A stretch of DNA of 63,958 bases, filler included, from Octopus bimaculoides (lineage: Eukaryota): NCBI RefSeq assembly GCF_001194135.2. It is 6 parts of 6 records of this genome, joined end to end, with 100 filler letters (N's around TTAATTAATTAA, not from the genome) between each part and the next. Parts side by side here need not be neighbours in the genome. Positions count along the whole stretch, not along the records: positions 1 to 7,867 come from NC_069009.1; positions 7,968 to 22,577 come from NC_068981.1; 4 more parts are not named here. The stretch is one strand, 5' to 3'. This document shows positions 1 through 11,763 of the stretch, piece after piece. A program made the translations under genes and the position numbers. Every line of letters begins with the position of its first letter. Positions within the stretch are counted from its first letter, which is position 1. The notes below the pieces were generated by a model that saw nothing but the letters and a program-made list of their open reading frames with translations, was not told the DNA's origin and searched no databases.

Positions 1-365
1 AGGCAGTCCAGGGGCACTGGCAACGATCTCGCTCGAAAGTCCTTACACATGCCACGGGCACAAGTGCCAGAAAGGTGACACTGGGCACAGGTGCTATCCC
101 GATTTTGCTTTCGCTTGCCCCAATAAGTCTTCACAAGCCGAATCTCGTATCCAATGAAGGAGACGATGTTGGCATGGGTGCCAGTCATCGAATTTAGTTC
201 CATTTCAATTTCACTTGCCTCAAAAAGTCTTCGCAAGTGGAGTTTAGCGTCCAATGAAGGAAAGGTACGCACAAGTGGGCTGGCTACACCCCTGGCAGAG
301 GCCTTGGATTTAGGTCTCACTTGGCTTGCCGGGTCTTCTCACGCACAGACCCAGCAAGCCAAGTA
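1..365 (-). mobile_element. Family C SINE-like repeat, internal portion
   Basis: Starts with cagtccaggggcactggcaacgatctcgctcgaa, matching the end of the copy at 15890-16190 (cagtccaccggcactggcgatgacctcactcgaa). Contains a ~100-bp-spaced internal direct repeat, aagtctt..caag..tccaatgaagga. Confidence 0.7.
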
Positions 366-371
366 ATGGAA

Positions 372-525
372 TTCTTTCAGTTTCTGTCTACCAAATCCAC
401 TCACAAAGCTTTGATTGGCATGAGGCTATAGTAGAAGACACTTGCCCAAGGTGCTATGCAATAGGACTGAACCCGGAACCATGCATTTGGGAAGCAAGCT
501 TCTTACCATACAGCCACACTGGCAT
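372..525 (-). mobile_element. tRNA-derived SINE family A, 5' half
   Basis: Reverse complement of the head of the full copy at 5243-5695 (ggttccgggttcagtcc, ccttgggcaagtgtcttctactatagcc, gtgagtggatttggtagacagaaactgaaagaa). Confidence 0.85.
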
Positions 526-1412
526 CTATATATAACTTTTGTGTTATTTCCATTTTACTAAATTATGCTTACACGGCCTTCATCATTTCAAAATTATTGT
601 AGAAGACATCCAGACTGCCTCATAGTCACATTGGGATTGAACCTCAGAACTACAGGGTTATGTATCTGGCTTCCTAACCACACACCCACACCTAATTTGG
701 TCTGCAAGAACGTGTCTAACTTGAAGCCCAGCAACAAGCAAAACAAGAAGAACAACAACAATAACAACAACAACAACAATCTTGACAACATTATAATTAA
801 CAACAATTAAAAGTTTCAGTTCACAATAATTAATAAATTTTCAGTAATATTAATTAAAAGAACTGGTTTGATAGAAATCACCCCCTGTCCCCTACTAACT
901 AACCAACCCTTGGAAACACCCAATATATATCTGTAGCTCATTATAGTGCCCCACAACCCCTGAANNNNNNNNNNNNNNNNNNNNNNNNNNNNNNNNNNNN
1001 NNNNNNNNNNNNNNNNNNNNNNNNNNNNNNNNNNNNNNNNNNNNNNNNNNNNNNNNNNNNNNNNNNNNNNNNNNNNNNNNNNNNNNNNNNNNNNNNNNNN
1101 NNNNNNNNNNNNNNNNNNNNNNNNNNNNNNNNNNNNNNNNNNNNNNNNNNNNNNNNNNNNNNNNNNNNNNNNNNNNNNNNNNNNNNNNNNNNNNNNNNNN
1201 NNNNNNNNNNNNNNNNNNNNNNNNNNNNNNNNNNNNNNNNNNNNNNNNNNNNNNNNNNNNNNNNNNNNNNNNNNNNNNNNNNNNNNNNNNNNNNNNNNNN
1301 NNNNNNNNNNNNNNNNNNNNNNNNNNNNNNNNNNNNNNNNNNNNNNNNNNNNNNNNNNNNNNNNNNNNNNNNNNNNNNNNNNNNNNNNNNNNNNNNNNNN
1401 NNNNNNNNNNNN

Positions 1413-3050
1413 AGCGGTAGTAGTGGCGGTGGTGGTCGTGGTGATTGTAGTATAGTGGTGGTGGCAATGGTGGTGGTGGTGGGGTAGTGGTAGTAGTGGA
1501 AGTGGTGGTGGTGGTGGTAGTGGTGGTGGTGGTAGTGTGGTGATTGCAGTATAGTGGTGGTGGTTGTGCTGATGATGGTGGTGCTAGCAGCAGTGGTTGT
1601 GGTTGTGTGGTAGTGGTTGTGTTATGATTGCAGTGTGGTGGCGATGGTGGTCATGGTGTGAGTAGTGACAGCGGTGGTAGTGGGAATGGTGCTGGAGGTG
1701 GTGTATATTGGAGATGGTAATGTCCAGTGGTAGTGTTGTGATGGTGGTAGTGTACGATGAGGTGTTACTTTGATGATAGAAGTTATTGTTGTAGTACTGG
1801 CGGAGTTGTAACGGTGGAAAGAGTAGTGGTGGTATGTGCGGTAGTATGCGGTGTAGTAGGAAGTGGTAAAGGTGATGTAGTGTTAGTGGTATGTGGTATT
1901 AGTTTAGTGGTGAAGTGATTGTTGCATCGTGGAGGTGGTGGTGGTGTGTGTGTGGATGTGTGTGTGTGTGGTGGAGATGGTGGTGTTTGGTGGAAGTGGT
2001 AGTGGTGGTGATAATTGTGGTGGTAGTGGTAATGGTGGTCATGTGGTGATTGCAGTGTGGTAGTGATGGTGATGATGATGGTGATGTTGGTGGTGATAGT
2101 AGTAGTGGTGGCAGCGGTGATGTATGTTGGAGGTGGAAGTATTGTAGTGGTGGTAGCACATGATGTGGTGTTACTTTTATGGCGGAAGTTATTGTTGTAG
2201 TACAGGTAAAATTGCCGTAGCGGTAGTAGCAGTAGTAGTAGTAGTAGTAGTAGCAGCAGCAGCAGTAGTAGTAGTAGTAGTGGTGGTGGTGGTGGTGGTG
2301 GTGTGTGTGTAGCAGACATAGCAGTATGTGGTGTAGTATGAAGTGGTGGAGATGTCATAACATTAGAGGAGGTGCAGTAGTCACCAGTGGTATGTGATGT
2401 TGGTTTAGTGACATAGCGTTGTGGTAGTATGATGTGGTGTTGTAGTAGTGTTACTGTGATAGTATGTCATTATGTAGTAGTGGTTGTGGTATGGTGTAGT
2501 GTGGTGTGGTGTGGTATGTAGTTTTATAGCATACTGTAGTAGCAAAATGGTTAGGTATGATGTTGTAGTCAGGTTGTAGTAGAGTGTATTTGAGTGGTAT
2601 GTTGTACAGTTGTGATGGCGGTGGTGTTGTATTGTGATGTGGTGGTGGCGGCGGCGGTAGTGTCTGTTGATGCCATTCAATGTCAAATAATGATGACAGC
2701 CAATCCTCCTCCTCCTCCTCCTCCACATCATCATCATCATCATCATCATTATCATCTGCAGCAGCAGCATTACCACACTCACCATACCACAACCACTACT
2801 ACATAATGACATACCATCACAGTAACACTACTACTGCTACTACAACACCACATCGCACTACCACAACGCTATGTCACTAAGCCAACATCACATACCACTG
2901 ATGACTCTACTGCACCTCCACTAACACTATAACATCATACCACTTCATACTGCACCATATACTGCTCTATCCAACACACAGACACTATTTCTATAATTCT
3001 GCTAGCACTACAACAATAACAATAACATCATCACCACCATCAATACAATG
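1413..3050. repeat. Degenerate (GTG/GTA/GAT)n trinucleotide low-complexity field containing an inverted duplication
   Basis: G/T-rich to ~2680, then C/A-rich. 2462-2496 is the exact reverse complement of 2780-2814. Confidence 0.9.
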
Positions 3051-3061
3051 ACAAAAATTAG

Positions 3062-3240
3062 GATGCTTATGGGGGACTAGTTGATTATATCGACCCAGTG
3101 GTTCACTAGTACTTTATTTATCGACCCTGAAAGGATGAACAGCAAAGCTGACATCGGCGGAATTTGAACTCAGAACGTAGAGGCAGATGGAATACCTCTA
3201 AGCATTTCACCTGGCAAGGCTAATGATTCTGCCAACCAGC
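3062..3240 (-). mobile_element. tRNA-derived SINE family B
   Basis: Reverse complement of the B head (gctggcagaatc.ttagc, gttctgagttcaaattccgccga, tttcatcctttc.gggtcgataaa) also seen at 6190-6420 and 17730-17948. Confidence 0.85.
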
Positions 3241-3572
3241 AGATGACAACGTTTCCCTAAAAGAAATGGAGAAACTTTCAAAATACAAAGACCTGGAAAT
3301 AGAGGTAACTCGAATGTGGAATCTAAAAACAGAAACAATTCCTATCATAGTAGGTGCCTTAGGGTTAATAAAAAAATATTCAGACAAATACATAACAAAA
3401 ACACCAGGACTTACAAATATATATAACATACAGGAAATTGCACTACTGGGCACTGCACACATCCTACGCAAAACACTTTCAATACAGTAACCATAAGAGC
3501 ACCACAGCAAACCACAGCACATACCCAAGGCACATAGAGCTGCGCTTGGTAGTGAAGTGAAAGCACGTTATA
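3241..3572 (+). mobile_element. 3' fragment of an R4/Dong-clade non-LTR retrotransposon (restriction-like endonuclease C-terminus plus 3' UTR)
   Basis: Translates to DDNVSLKEMEKLSKYKDLEIEVTRMWNLKTETIPIIVGALG...IQEIALLGTAHILRKTL*, the typical end of RLE-type elements. (AAT)n follows after the gap. Confidence 0.8.
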
Positions 3573-3950
3573 NNNNNNNNNNNNNNNNNNNNNNNNNNNN
3601 NNNNNNNNNNNNNNNNNNNNNNNNNNNNNNNNNNNNNNNNNNNNNNNNNNNNNNNNNNNNNNNNNNNNNNNNNNNNNNNNNNNNNNNNNNNNNNNNNNNN
3701 NNNNNNNNNNNNNNNNNNNNNNNNNNNNNNNNNNNNNNNNNNNNNNNNNNNNNNNNNNNNNNNNNNNNNNNNNNNNNNNNNNNNNNNNNNNNNNNNNNNN
3801 NNNNNNNNNNNNNNNNNNNNNNNNNNNNNNNNNNNNNNNNNNNNNNNNNNNNNNNNNNNNNNNNNNNNNNNNNNNNNNNNNNNNNNNNNNNNNNNNNNNN
3901 NNNNNNNNNNNNNNNNNNNNNNNNNNNNNNNNNNNNNNNNNNNNNNNNNN

Positions 3951-4052
<102 letters not shown>

Positions 4053-4257
4053 CTTTTCTACTATAGACACAAGGGTCTGAAATTTGGGGGAAGGGGGATA
4101 GTTGATTACATCGACCCCAGTATTCAACTGGTACTTAATTTATCGACCCTGAAAGGATGAAAGGCAAAATTGACCGCAGCAGAATTTGAACTCAGATCGT
4201 AGTGATGAGCGAAATACCGCCGTCCAGGATGCTAACGATTCTGTCAGCTCACTGCTC

Positions 4258-4258
<1 letters not shown>
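4053..4258 (-). mobile_element. SINE family B with (ATT)n-type tail
   Basis: Tail cccccaaatttcagacccttgtgtctatagtagaaaagattatt on the minus strand. Head B-box gagttcaaattc present. Confidence 0.85.
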
Positions 4259-4288
<30 letters not shown>

Positions 4289-4769
4289 TATAATAATGAT
4301 GATGATTATGACGATGATGATGATGATGATGATGATGATACCAAATTGCTATGTTATGGTGAACATTATAATCCTAAATCTGTCGGTGAGGTGTAGTGAA
4401 CATTATAACAATACAATGTAACTATGTCACAGTGAACACAATAATAGAACAATGTTTAGGCGAATTGCAGTGAACATCATGAGATAGAGCAACGTTCGCA
4501 GTCAGTGCCTGGTGTCTGTTTGCCATTTATCATTCCGGTGTCTTCTGAGAATTACAATTCAAGTTTATAACAAACACACAATGTCAATGTGATTGATTAT
4601 CCAGTAACAAATCATTTATCATTTAACGGCTTGTTTTGACGGCTTTGTTGCTGGCTGGGTGGTATATGATGGTATAGTAGAGCTACGGTATTGTGTGTTG
4701 GTTACAAGATGGTAAAGGAGTTTGGTGGCTTAGTGGTTATATATGATGGTAGCTTAGTGGTATAATTGC

Positions 4770-6010
4770 ATGGTGGTTTAATGGTTACATACAGATATAC
4801 AGGGTGTTGGAGAGAAATTTGGTGACTATTTGTCTCTATTGTACAGGAACACCTTGAACAGGTGGACAGTCAATGGCGTTGGAGAGCATGAATATTCAAG
4901 CTGAAGTCAAGAAAGATTGATTATGTGATGGCACAAGTGTTTGGAGACTCAGTGGTACGATGGTAGCATTGTTGTACAACGGTATAACAATGCTATGGTT
5001 ATGTACAAATATACAGGGTGCTTGGGAGAAATTTGATGAGTAATTTTTACGTCTCTATTTTTCAGGAACAGTTTGATGTATTGGTGAATGGTCAACGGCG
5101 TAGGAGAGCATGAAGATTAATGGTATAGTGGTTCAATGGTTACATACAAATATACAGAGGTTTTGGGAAAAATTTAACAATGTTATATATTTCCATTTTT
5201 CAGGAACACTTCGATGTATTGGTGAATAGTTAACGGTTATAGGCGCAGGAGTGGCTGTGTAATAAGTAGATGCAGGAGTGGCTGTGTGGTAAGTGGCTTG
5301 CTTACCAACCACATGGTTCCAGGTTCAGTCCCACTGCGTGGCATCTTGGGCAAGTGTCTTCTACTATAGCCTCGGGCNNNNNNNNNNATCTTGGGCAAGT
5401 GTCTTCTACTATAGCCTCGGGCCGACCAAAGCCTTGTGAGTGGATTTGGTAGACGGAAACTGAAAGAAGCCCATCGTATATGTATGTGTGTGTATGTTTG
5501 TCCCCCTAACAATGCTTGACAACCAATGCTGGTGTGTTTACGTCCCCCGTCACTTAGCGGTTCGGCAAAGAGAGACCGATAGAATAAGTACTAGGCTTAC
5601 AAAGAATAATTCCTGGGGTTGATTTGCTCGACTAAAGGCGGTGCTCCAGCATGGCCACAGTCTAATGACTGAAACAAGTAAAAGAGTAAAAGAGCATTGG
5701 AGAACATGAATATTGAAGTTGTAGTTGAGAAAAAATTCATTACATAACGGTACAAGTGTTTGGTGGTTTAATGGTTACATACAGGGTGTTTGGGAGAAAT
5801 TTGATGATTATTTTGCGTCTTCATTTTTCAGAAAGTGTTTGATGTATTGGTGAGCAGTCAACGGCGTTGGAGAGCATGAAGACTGAAGTTGTAGTTGAGA
5901 AAAAGTTAGCTGACATAATGGTATAGAAGTTTGGTGGTTTACTCAGTACATATGATGGTGGCTTGGTGATACAATGGCATGATGGTTTGATGGTTATAGA
6001 CAGGGTGTTT
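4770..6010. repeat. Degenerate tandem repeat (~120-220-bp units) interrupted by two family A SINE copies
   Basis: Recurring atggttacatac..cagggtg.ttgggagaaattt, ttttcag.gaaca.tt.gatgtattggtga and caacggcgttggagagcatgaa blocks near 4780, 5000, 5140 and 5770. Confidence 0.85.
5243..5695 (+). mobile_element. tRNA-derived SINE family A, full length
   Basis: A-box-like tggctgtgtgg, B-box-like ggttcagtccc, central (TA/TG)n, tail tgactgaaacaagtaaaagagtaaaagag. It splits the tandem-repeat unit caacgg|ttggagaacatg. Confidence 0.9.
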
Positions 6011-6170
6011 GGGTGTTTACGTCCCCATAATTTAGCGGTTCGGCAAAAGAGACCAATAGAATAAGTATTAGGCTCACAAAGAATAAGTCCCGGGATCGAT
6101 TTCTTTGACTAAAGGCAGTGCTCCAGCATGGCGGTAATGAATTGACTGAAACACGTAAAAGAATAAAAGA
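6008..6170 (+). mobile_element. SINE family A, 3' half
   Basis: ggtgtttacgtcccc..ttagcggttcggcaaaagagacc..gactgaaacacgtaaaagaataaaaga. Confidence 0.85.
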
Positions 6171-6189
6171 ATATGTATATATATTTAGG

Positions 6190-6420
6190 GTAGTGAGCTG
6201 GTAGAAACGTTAGCATGCCGGGCAAAATACCTAGTGGTATTTTGTCTGCTGTTACGTTCTGAGTTCAAATTCCGCCAAGGTTGACTTTGCCTTTCATCCT
6301 TTTAGAGTTGATTAAATAAGTACCAGTAACACACTGGGGTTGATGTAATCGACTTAATCCTTTTGTCTGTCCTTGTTTGTCCCCTCTATATTTAGCCCCC
6401 CTGTGGGTAATAAAGAAATA
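6190..6420 (+). mobile_element. SINE family B with the alternative AATAAAGAAA-type tail
   Basis: Complete head, then ttgtctgtccttgtttgtcccctctatatttagcccccctgtgggtaataaagaaata. Confidence 0.9.
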
Positions 6421-7122
6421 AATATGTATATATATGATCGAACGCACGCGTCATCCTTGCAAGTAAGTTTTAACTTTATATTTTTGACACGACTCTATCT
6501 ATCTTTGTATCTTTCTCCCCCTCTCGTTCTTCCTTTTATTGTTCTTCGCCTCTCCCCTTCACTACTATATCTCTCTCTTCCTCCCCGTCTCTCGTTGCTC
6601 ACCTATATTCTACTTCCTCCCCTTTTTTTCCCTCTACCACTCTTTCTCCTTACTCCTCGATGGTCACATGTGTCTGGCTACTACTTCCTTTCATAGCTTG
6701 GCCATCGCCAAGCTCGCACGAACTTTCTTCTTCTCTCTTCCTTCCAGTTTGTCGCTTTACAGCATTCAGTATACAGATATTTTTTTCACATCTGGCTGTA
6801 TAGCCCTTCTTGTTTATTTTCACTGTTTCGTATTCCTGTCGTGATTTCTGTTCGCCACTACATTCCTCAACAGTACAAATTTAATTTGTCTCCGTGGGAA
6901 GAGCCATTCTAACAATGTGTCTTACCCTAACTCTTCGAAACGCTTAGTTTTAGAATGGTGGCAGCTGATGAAGGAAATGTTCTCTATGTGGCCTGTGTGT
7001 TTTCTGTACTCTGTTTATCATTTTGTCCATGTTTTTTTGCAATGTCCTGTACCCAGATATGCATCTATATGTACATGTAGATGTAGGTATGTACATACAT
7101 GTACGTATATATGCATATACTC

Positions 7123-7203
<81 letters not shown>

Positions 7204-7967
7204 TTATTTATATTAAGAGCATTACACGCTGACTACTTAATAAATTCTTATAAAGATTTTATCCTATTTTTATATAGTAATGCCCTTAATATAAATAAAT
7301 ATATTTAAAGGGAATAATTAATAATTTTTCCCTTATGTTTTTCACGCGAACTACTTGATAAATTCTTATAAAGATAAGATTTGTTTAATAAAATTGGTTA
7401 ATTGCAGATCGATTTCTGGCTCAGGGTTGTAAAAAAAACTCCTTGCCTTCTTCAGTACAATATGCCAAGAGTATATAAATGGAAAAATTTATACACACCC
7501 ATACGAACTACATATATCCACACAACCATATACATACATTTCATGCATACATGAGTTAAATCTAATTTTTTTCATCTCAACCATGTTTTTACTATCAAAA
7601 TAATATCACAGCAAATGCTGGATAATTTTTTTTGCTGGTTTATTTTGTGTCTTTGTCTTCTCTCCTGGTGGTGTATGAACATTTAATGTGGTTTTAGAGT
7701 CAAGTTTTGGCTGCTATATCTAGCATGGTGGTATCTCTTAGATACCCTAAAGTATAATTTTAATAATAATGATTACGTTTCAGGTTTTTATTCCATGCTG
7801 GCCACCTGATATGATCAGTATTTTTAATAACGATCTTATCCTAATTTATATATATATATATATATATNNNNNNNNNNNNNNNNNNNNNNNNNNNNNNNNN
7901 NNNNNNNNNNNTTAATTAATTAANNNNNNNNNNNNNNNNNNNNNNNNNNNNNNNNNNNNNNNNNNNN

Positions 7968-8260
7968 GCGTGGTGGGTTCCACAATCGCCATTTATTTCA
8001 ATTACTCTTGTGAGGATATTCACGTAAATCATTTCTTTCATTTAATCCCCATTTTAATTTTCGTAAAAGTTTCCAAGTACCAATGAGGCTTTTTGGCACA
8101 TCTTCAATTTTCCCCATTCATGAGAGGCGCCCAGCCATCATTCATCTGAGAGTCCATCTACAGAATGTCCTCAAATTTCTATACAGCATATTTTGCCTTT
8201 TTTTCTTCAAGTATATAAGCAACAATTTCATTCCCGAGCAACGCCGGGTGCCTCTGCTAG
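7968..8260 (+). mobile_element. Internally deleted Helitron: Rep fragment joined to the 3' terminus
   Basis: SSIFPIHERRPAIIHLRVHLQN resembles a conserved Helitron RepHel stretch. Hairpin cccgagcaacgccggg (8233-8248), CTAG (8257-8260), then T. Confidence 0.75.
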
Positions 8261-9487
8261 TTTCTTATAAATATTGCATGCTCTTTAAGGAAAATTAGGT
8301 TACAAAAATTCTTATTACAAGCACTAACACCAATAATCTGAAGGTTGTCTCAGTTTATATTTATATATACTGAATATTATGCATATTTGCGTAAAAGTGA
8401 TACGCTTTTCCAGAATGTTTGACTCGGATCCATTTCAAATTCTGAAAGCAAGGACAGGATAGGATGTGATGGCGTGAAGTCATATAATGCGTAATGAAGT
8501 CAAACCAAATATTGATATTTTGAATCTATTCAACACGCAGATTTCTGTTAATTTCTCTTTCTCTCATTCACTCACACACACACACACACACACGGGGATG
8601 AGGGCTGTTCTAAGATTTGACAGTAACGATTAGACCGGTCATGGGGAAATTGTGACCCGCAGAACTTTCTGAAACACACGCCAACGCTGAATATTTTGTT
8701 TTTTGTTGTTTTTTTTTTTCCTAGTAGTGTGGCCTGTCTGATGATGGATCATGTCTTATGCGGCCCACATCTCGGAAAAGGTTGCCCATGCTTAAATCAA
8801 AATACGACTGAAACATCAAGACCTTACTGTTGGAGACGAGTTACTCTCAATCATTTCATATGGCGTAATCAATGTTTGAACATTTCAAAAATCATTCTGA
8901 ACAAAATTCAATGACAAGCGTTACTTACGCTGCTAGTATAAAATAAAGATTAATTTAGCTAATAAATAACCTGAATATTGATTTCTTCATTTCAACACGA
9001 GGTTGTTTTCTGTAAAGAGGAAGAGTAGGTATTATAATCGATATTAATATATTGCTAGCGTTTATTTAAATCAGCCCAACAGAAATGAAAGTTAATATTG
9101 TCAGCATCATAACAGGTTAATATAAACGCACATATATACATGCTAGCTTACATATACAAACACATAGATACGCGCATACAGCCACAGTCCTTTGAATGTG
9201 TATGAGTGTAAAGCTGGTTCAATTACAGGTACATATATTCTATTGGCTTTAGTTTAACCCTATCGGCTTTGTAAATAAGGAAGAAGCTAAAATATAATCG
9301 ATCTTAACTGAACTTCAATCCTTGAATAGATCCAAAACATTGAACCTCCACGCTCAGATCTTGAAAATACAAAACACGAGTGGATATTTAACATCCTTAC
9401 CCCATTGACGATTCCAGAGAGATTTTGTCAGGTTATGAGTCCTGAAACTTTCTCTTTACATACAACTAACGTACACAAACAAATTAT

Positions 9488-9620
9488 GGAACTACTTAAA
9501 TACAGAGGTCCCGATGCATCTACGTAGCGATATGTTTTTTACAGTTCATACTCGTTAGGGAGTTAGGTTTATGGTTCGGGTAACGTAGATGCGTCGGGAC
9601 ATCTGTATTTAAGTAGTACC
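9488..9620. mobile_element. Fold-back MITE-like element
   Basis: 9491-9525 and 9583-9617 are 35-bp inverted repeats with 2 mismatches around a 57-bp spacer. Confidence 0.65.
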
Positions 9621-9870
9621 CAAATTATATCGACGGGCAGAGAGAAACACATGCGTATTTACTTTTGTATTAATGATCGCACTTAATAAAAGTTTGATGG
9701 GTTTTGTTAAATTTGACTGTTTAATATTACCATAAGTAACCAGCAAATACAAACACTAATAAACATGTACATATTCAATCTAGCCAAATATATAAGTGTC
9801 ATGCAATAATTACAGGGTTTTTTGGGGGGGTTTTCCTCATATTAATCCTTATGCTACACATTTTACTTAC

Positions 9871-10057
9871 CATAAATTTGTTGTCTTCGTCTAAACGTAA
9901 AGCATCGTGGACATTTTTCAGTACAGCATTTAATTCTGAGCGATCCATCTTCAAGTTTAATCTAGTCTGGTACAATTCAACACAAATTTCGTTGTTTTTG
10001 GTTATTTTAAAAAGAATCTCCGGCTTCAAGACTACACTTCACCCAATAATGTTACAA
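9871..10057 (-). other. Candidate exon or pseudo-exon, product unidentified
   Basis: tttgttgtcag acceptor and ATG|gtaagt donor. Reads CNIIG*SVVLKPEILFKITKNNEICVELYQTRLNLKMDRSELNAVLKNVHDALRLDEDNKFM with one in-frame TGA. Confidence 0.3.
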
Positions 10058-11377
10058 CTGACAACAAACTACATTGATTTGTTTTTAATTCAAAGCGAGA
10101 CTCCGAGCGGAAGTCTCTCTCTCTCTCTCTCTTTCTCTCTCGCTGTCTGTCTCTCTCTACCTATCTATCTATCTATCTTGTCCTCTCTCTCCCTCTTTTC
10201 TGTCCAGGTATTAGAAAAACTGTCAGTTTCCATTCATATTAGCTTATCTCTAAAATAATTGAGAAATGCATAGATATTACAATTTCTATTGTTTCTAATC
10301 CTATAAATATAAAAGAGGCAATCCTTCCGTATTGGTAGACGACATCATTCACCCACACAACCCTCTTTCATGATAGATTGAGACGAATCCGAAAGATTGC
10401 TCAATACATTCACACAATAGATAGTGAGAAGCATGACACAATAGTATTGAGTCCGATTTATGTTCAATGAGGGGTATAACACAAATCTTTTTTCCAAATG
10501 GAACGGTAGTGTGTCGTAGACAATGTTACCAAACTGTAATCTCTAGTTATGTATACTGCTGACTCAAGTAGAATTTAAAAGGTATACCCAGACGAGTGGG
10601 TAAATTTTGATCCTTTCACCTGCACGATTTTCACTAAGATAAAAAAAAAATGGATTTTTTGCGTGGAATCAAGTACCCTGACCTCCTAATATGCTGTAAA
10701 TCCCTTATTTTTGTTCGGAAAAAAAAAGTGGGTGGGAAACCGGACACCACCCCATATCCCGGAATCTTTGGAATGTTTTTTTTTTTTTTTTCGTTGAATG
10801 AATTCCGGTGACCTAATATGCTACAAAACCCTTTTTGGGGTCCGGAAAACGGGGTGGGGTTAGGTGAGGGTGGAAGCCTCGGAAACTTGACCCCCACCCC
10901 CATTTTCAAATATTCTTTGCTATTTCTTTCTTTACCCATAATTTTAGATAACATTTTGCAGAAATACGTTTTCGAGAGGGTGTGGATTACATAAGATTGA
11001 AAATTCAAAGAAATTTGAAATGAATAAGTGAAAATGTAGAGGTTATAGAAGTTAGTGTGTGGAGAGATAACGAACGATAAATTCATCTAAAAAAAAACAC
11101 GTTAGAGTTTTTGCATGTATTTGTGAAACGAAGTAAAAGTATAATATTAAGGTATTCTTTTGCCAATATTAAAACAAAAATATCTTTTTCCTACCTCTTA
11201 AAATCCCAGATTGCAAAATAAATTTCCAATTTTTGGCGCCGAAATGAGTTTCATTTTTGCGTGGAGAGAGAGGGGGTAAGGAGGAGTAAGAGAGAGTGGG
11301 TGAGAGGAGAGAAAAAGAAAGAGAGTGAGTGAGTGGGTGACAAGGTTTACCCAAACTTTGAATGATGATGATATATA

Positions 11378-11582
11378 ATCATCATCATCATCATCGTCGT
11401 CGTTTAACGTCCGCTTTCCATGCTAGCATGGGTTGGACGATTTGACTGAGGACTGGTGAAACCAGATGGCTGCACCANNNNNNNNNNGACTGGTGAAACC
11501 AGATGGCTGCACCAGGCTCCAATCTGATTTGGCAGTTTCTACAGCTGGATGCCCTTCCTAACGCCAACCACTCAGAGAGTGA
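11378..11582 (-). mobile_element. Family C SINE-like repeat, 3' end with (GAT)n tail
   Basis: catcatcgtcgtcgtttaacgtccgctttccatgctagcatgggttggacg, matching the block at 15890. Confidence 0.85.
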
Positions 11583-11703
11583 TATATATAATTATGATAT
11601 ACTAGCTGGACCCGTGAAAAATTCATGGAAATTATGAAAAATGTAAGCATCCGTAAATTGTGTGCTGGTGCCACAAGAAATGTTCCTAAATTGTGACAGT
11701 TAA

Positions 11704-11763
11704 AGGCGGCAAGCTGATAGAATCGTTAGCATGCCGGACAAACTGCTTAGCGGTGTCCCATCT
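11704..11763 (+). mobile_element. SINE family B, 5' part (continues at 13470-13640)
   Basis: ggcggcaagctgatagaatcgttagcatgccggacaaactgcttagcggt. The remainder resumes at 13470 with cggtatttcatctgtctttacgttctgagttcaaattc. Confidence 0.85.

Noticed and set aside
4770-6010. Repeat-spacer-like periodicity suggesting CRISPR
   Set aside because: Units are long and degenerate, the spacers are homologous to each other, there are no cas genes, and the context is eukaryotic.
6890-6980. Hammerhead-like words GAAGAG/CTCTTC-GAAAC and CTGATGAAG in a pyrimidine-rich repeat
   Set aside because: The core before the first stem is degenerate (ccgtggga), and no stem I closes in type I or type II topology. At best a decayed Penelope-type motif.
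10634-11350. GC-richer segment with a 150-aa minus-strand ORF
   Set aside because: The ORF has no motif and crosses homopolymer runs. It is probably a non-autonomous transposon, but I could not identify termini.
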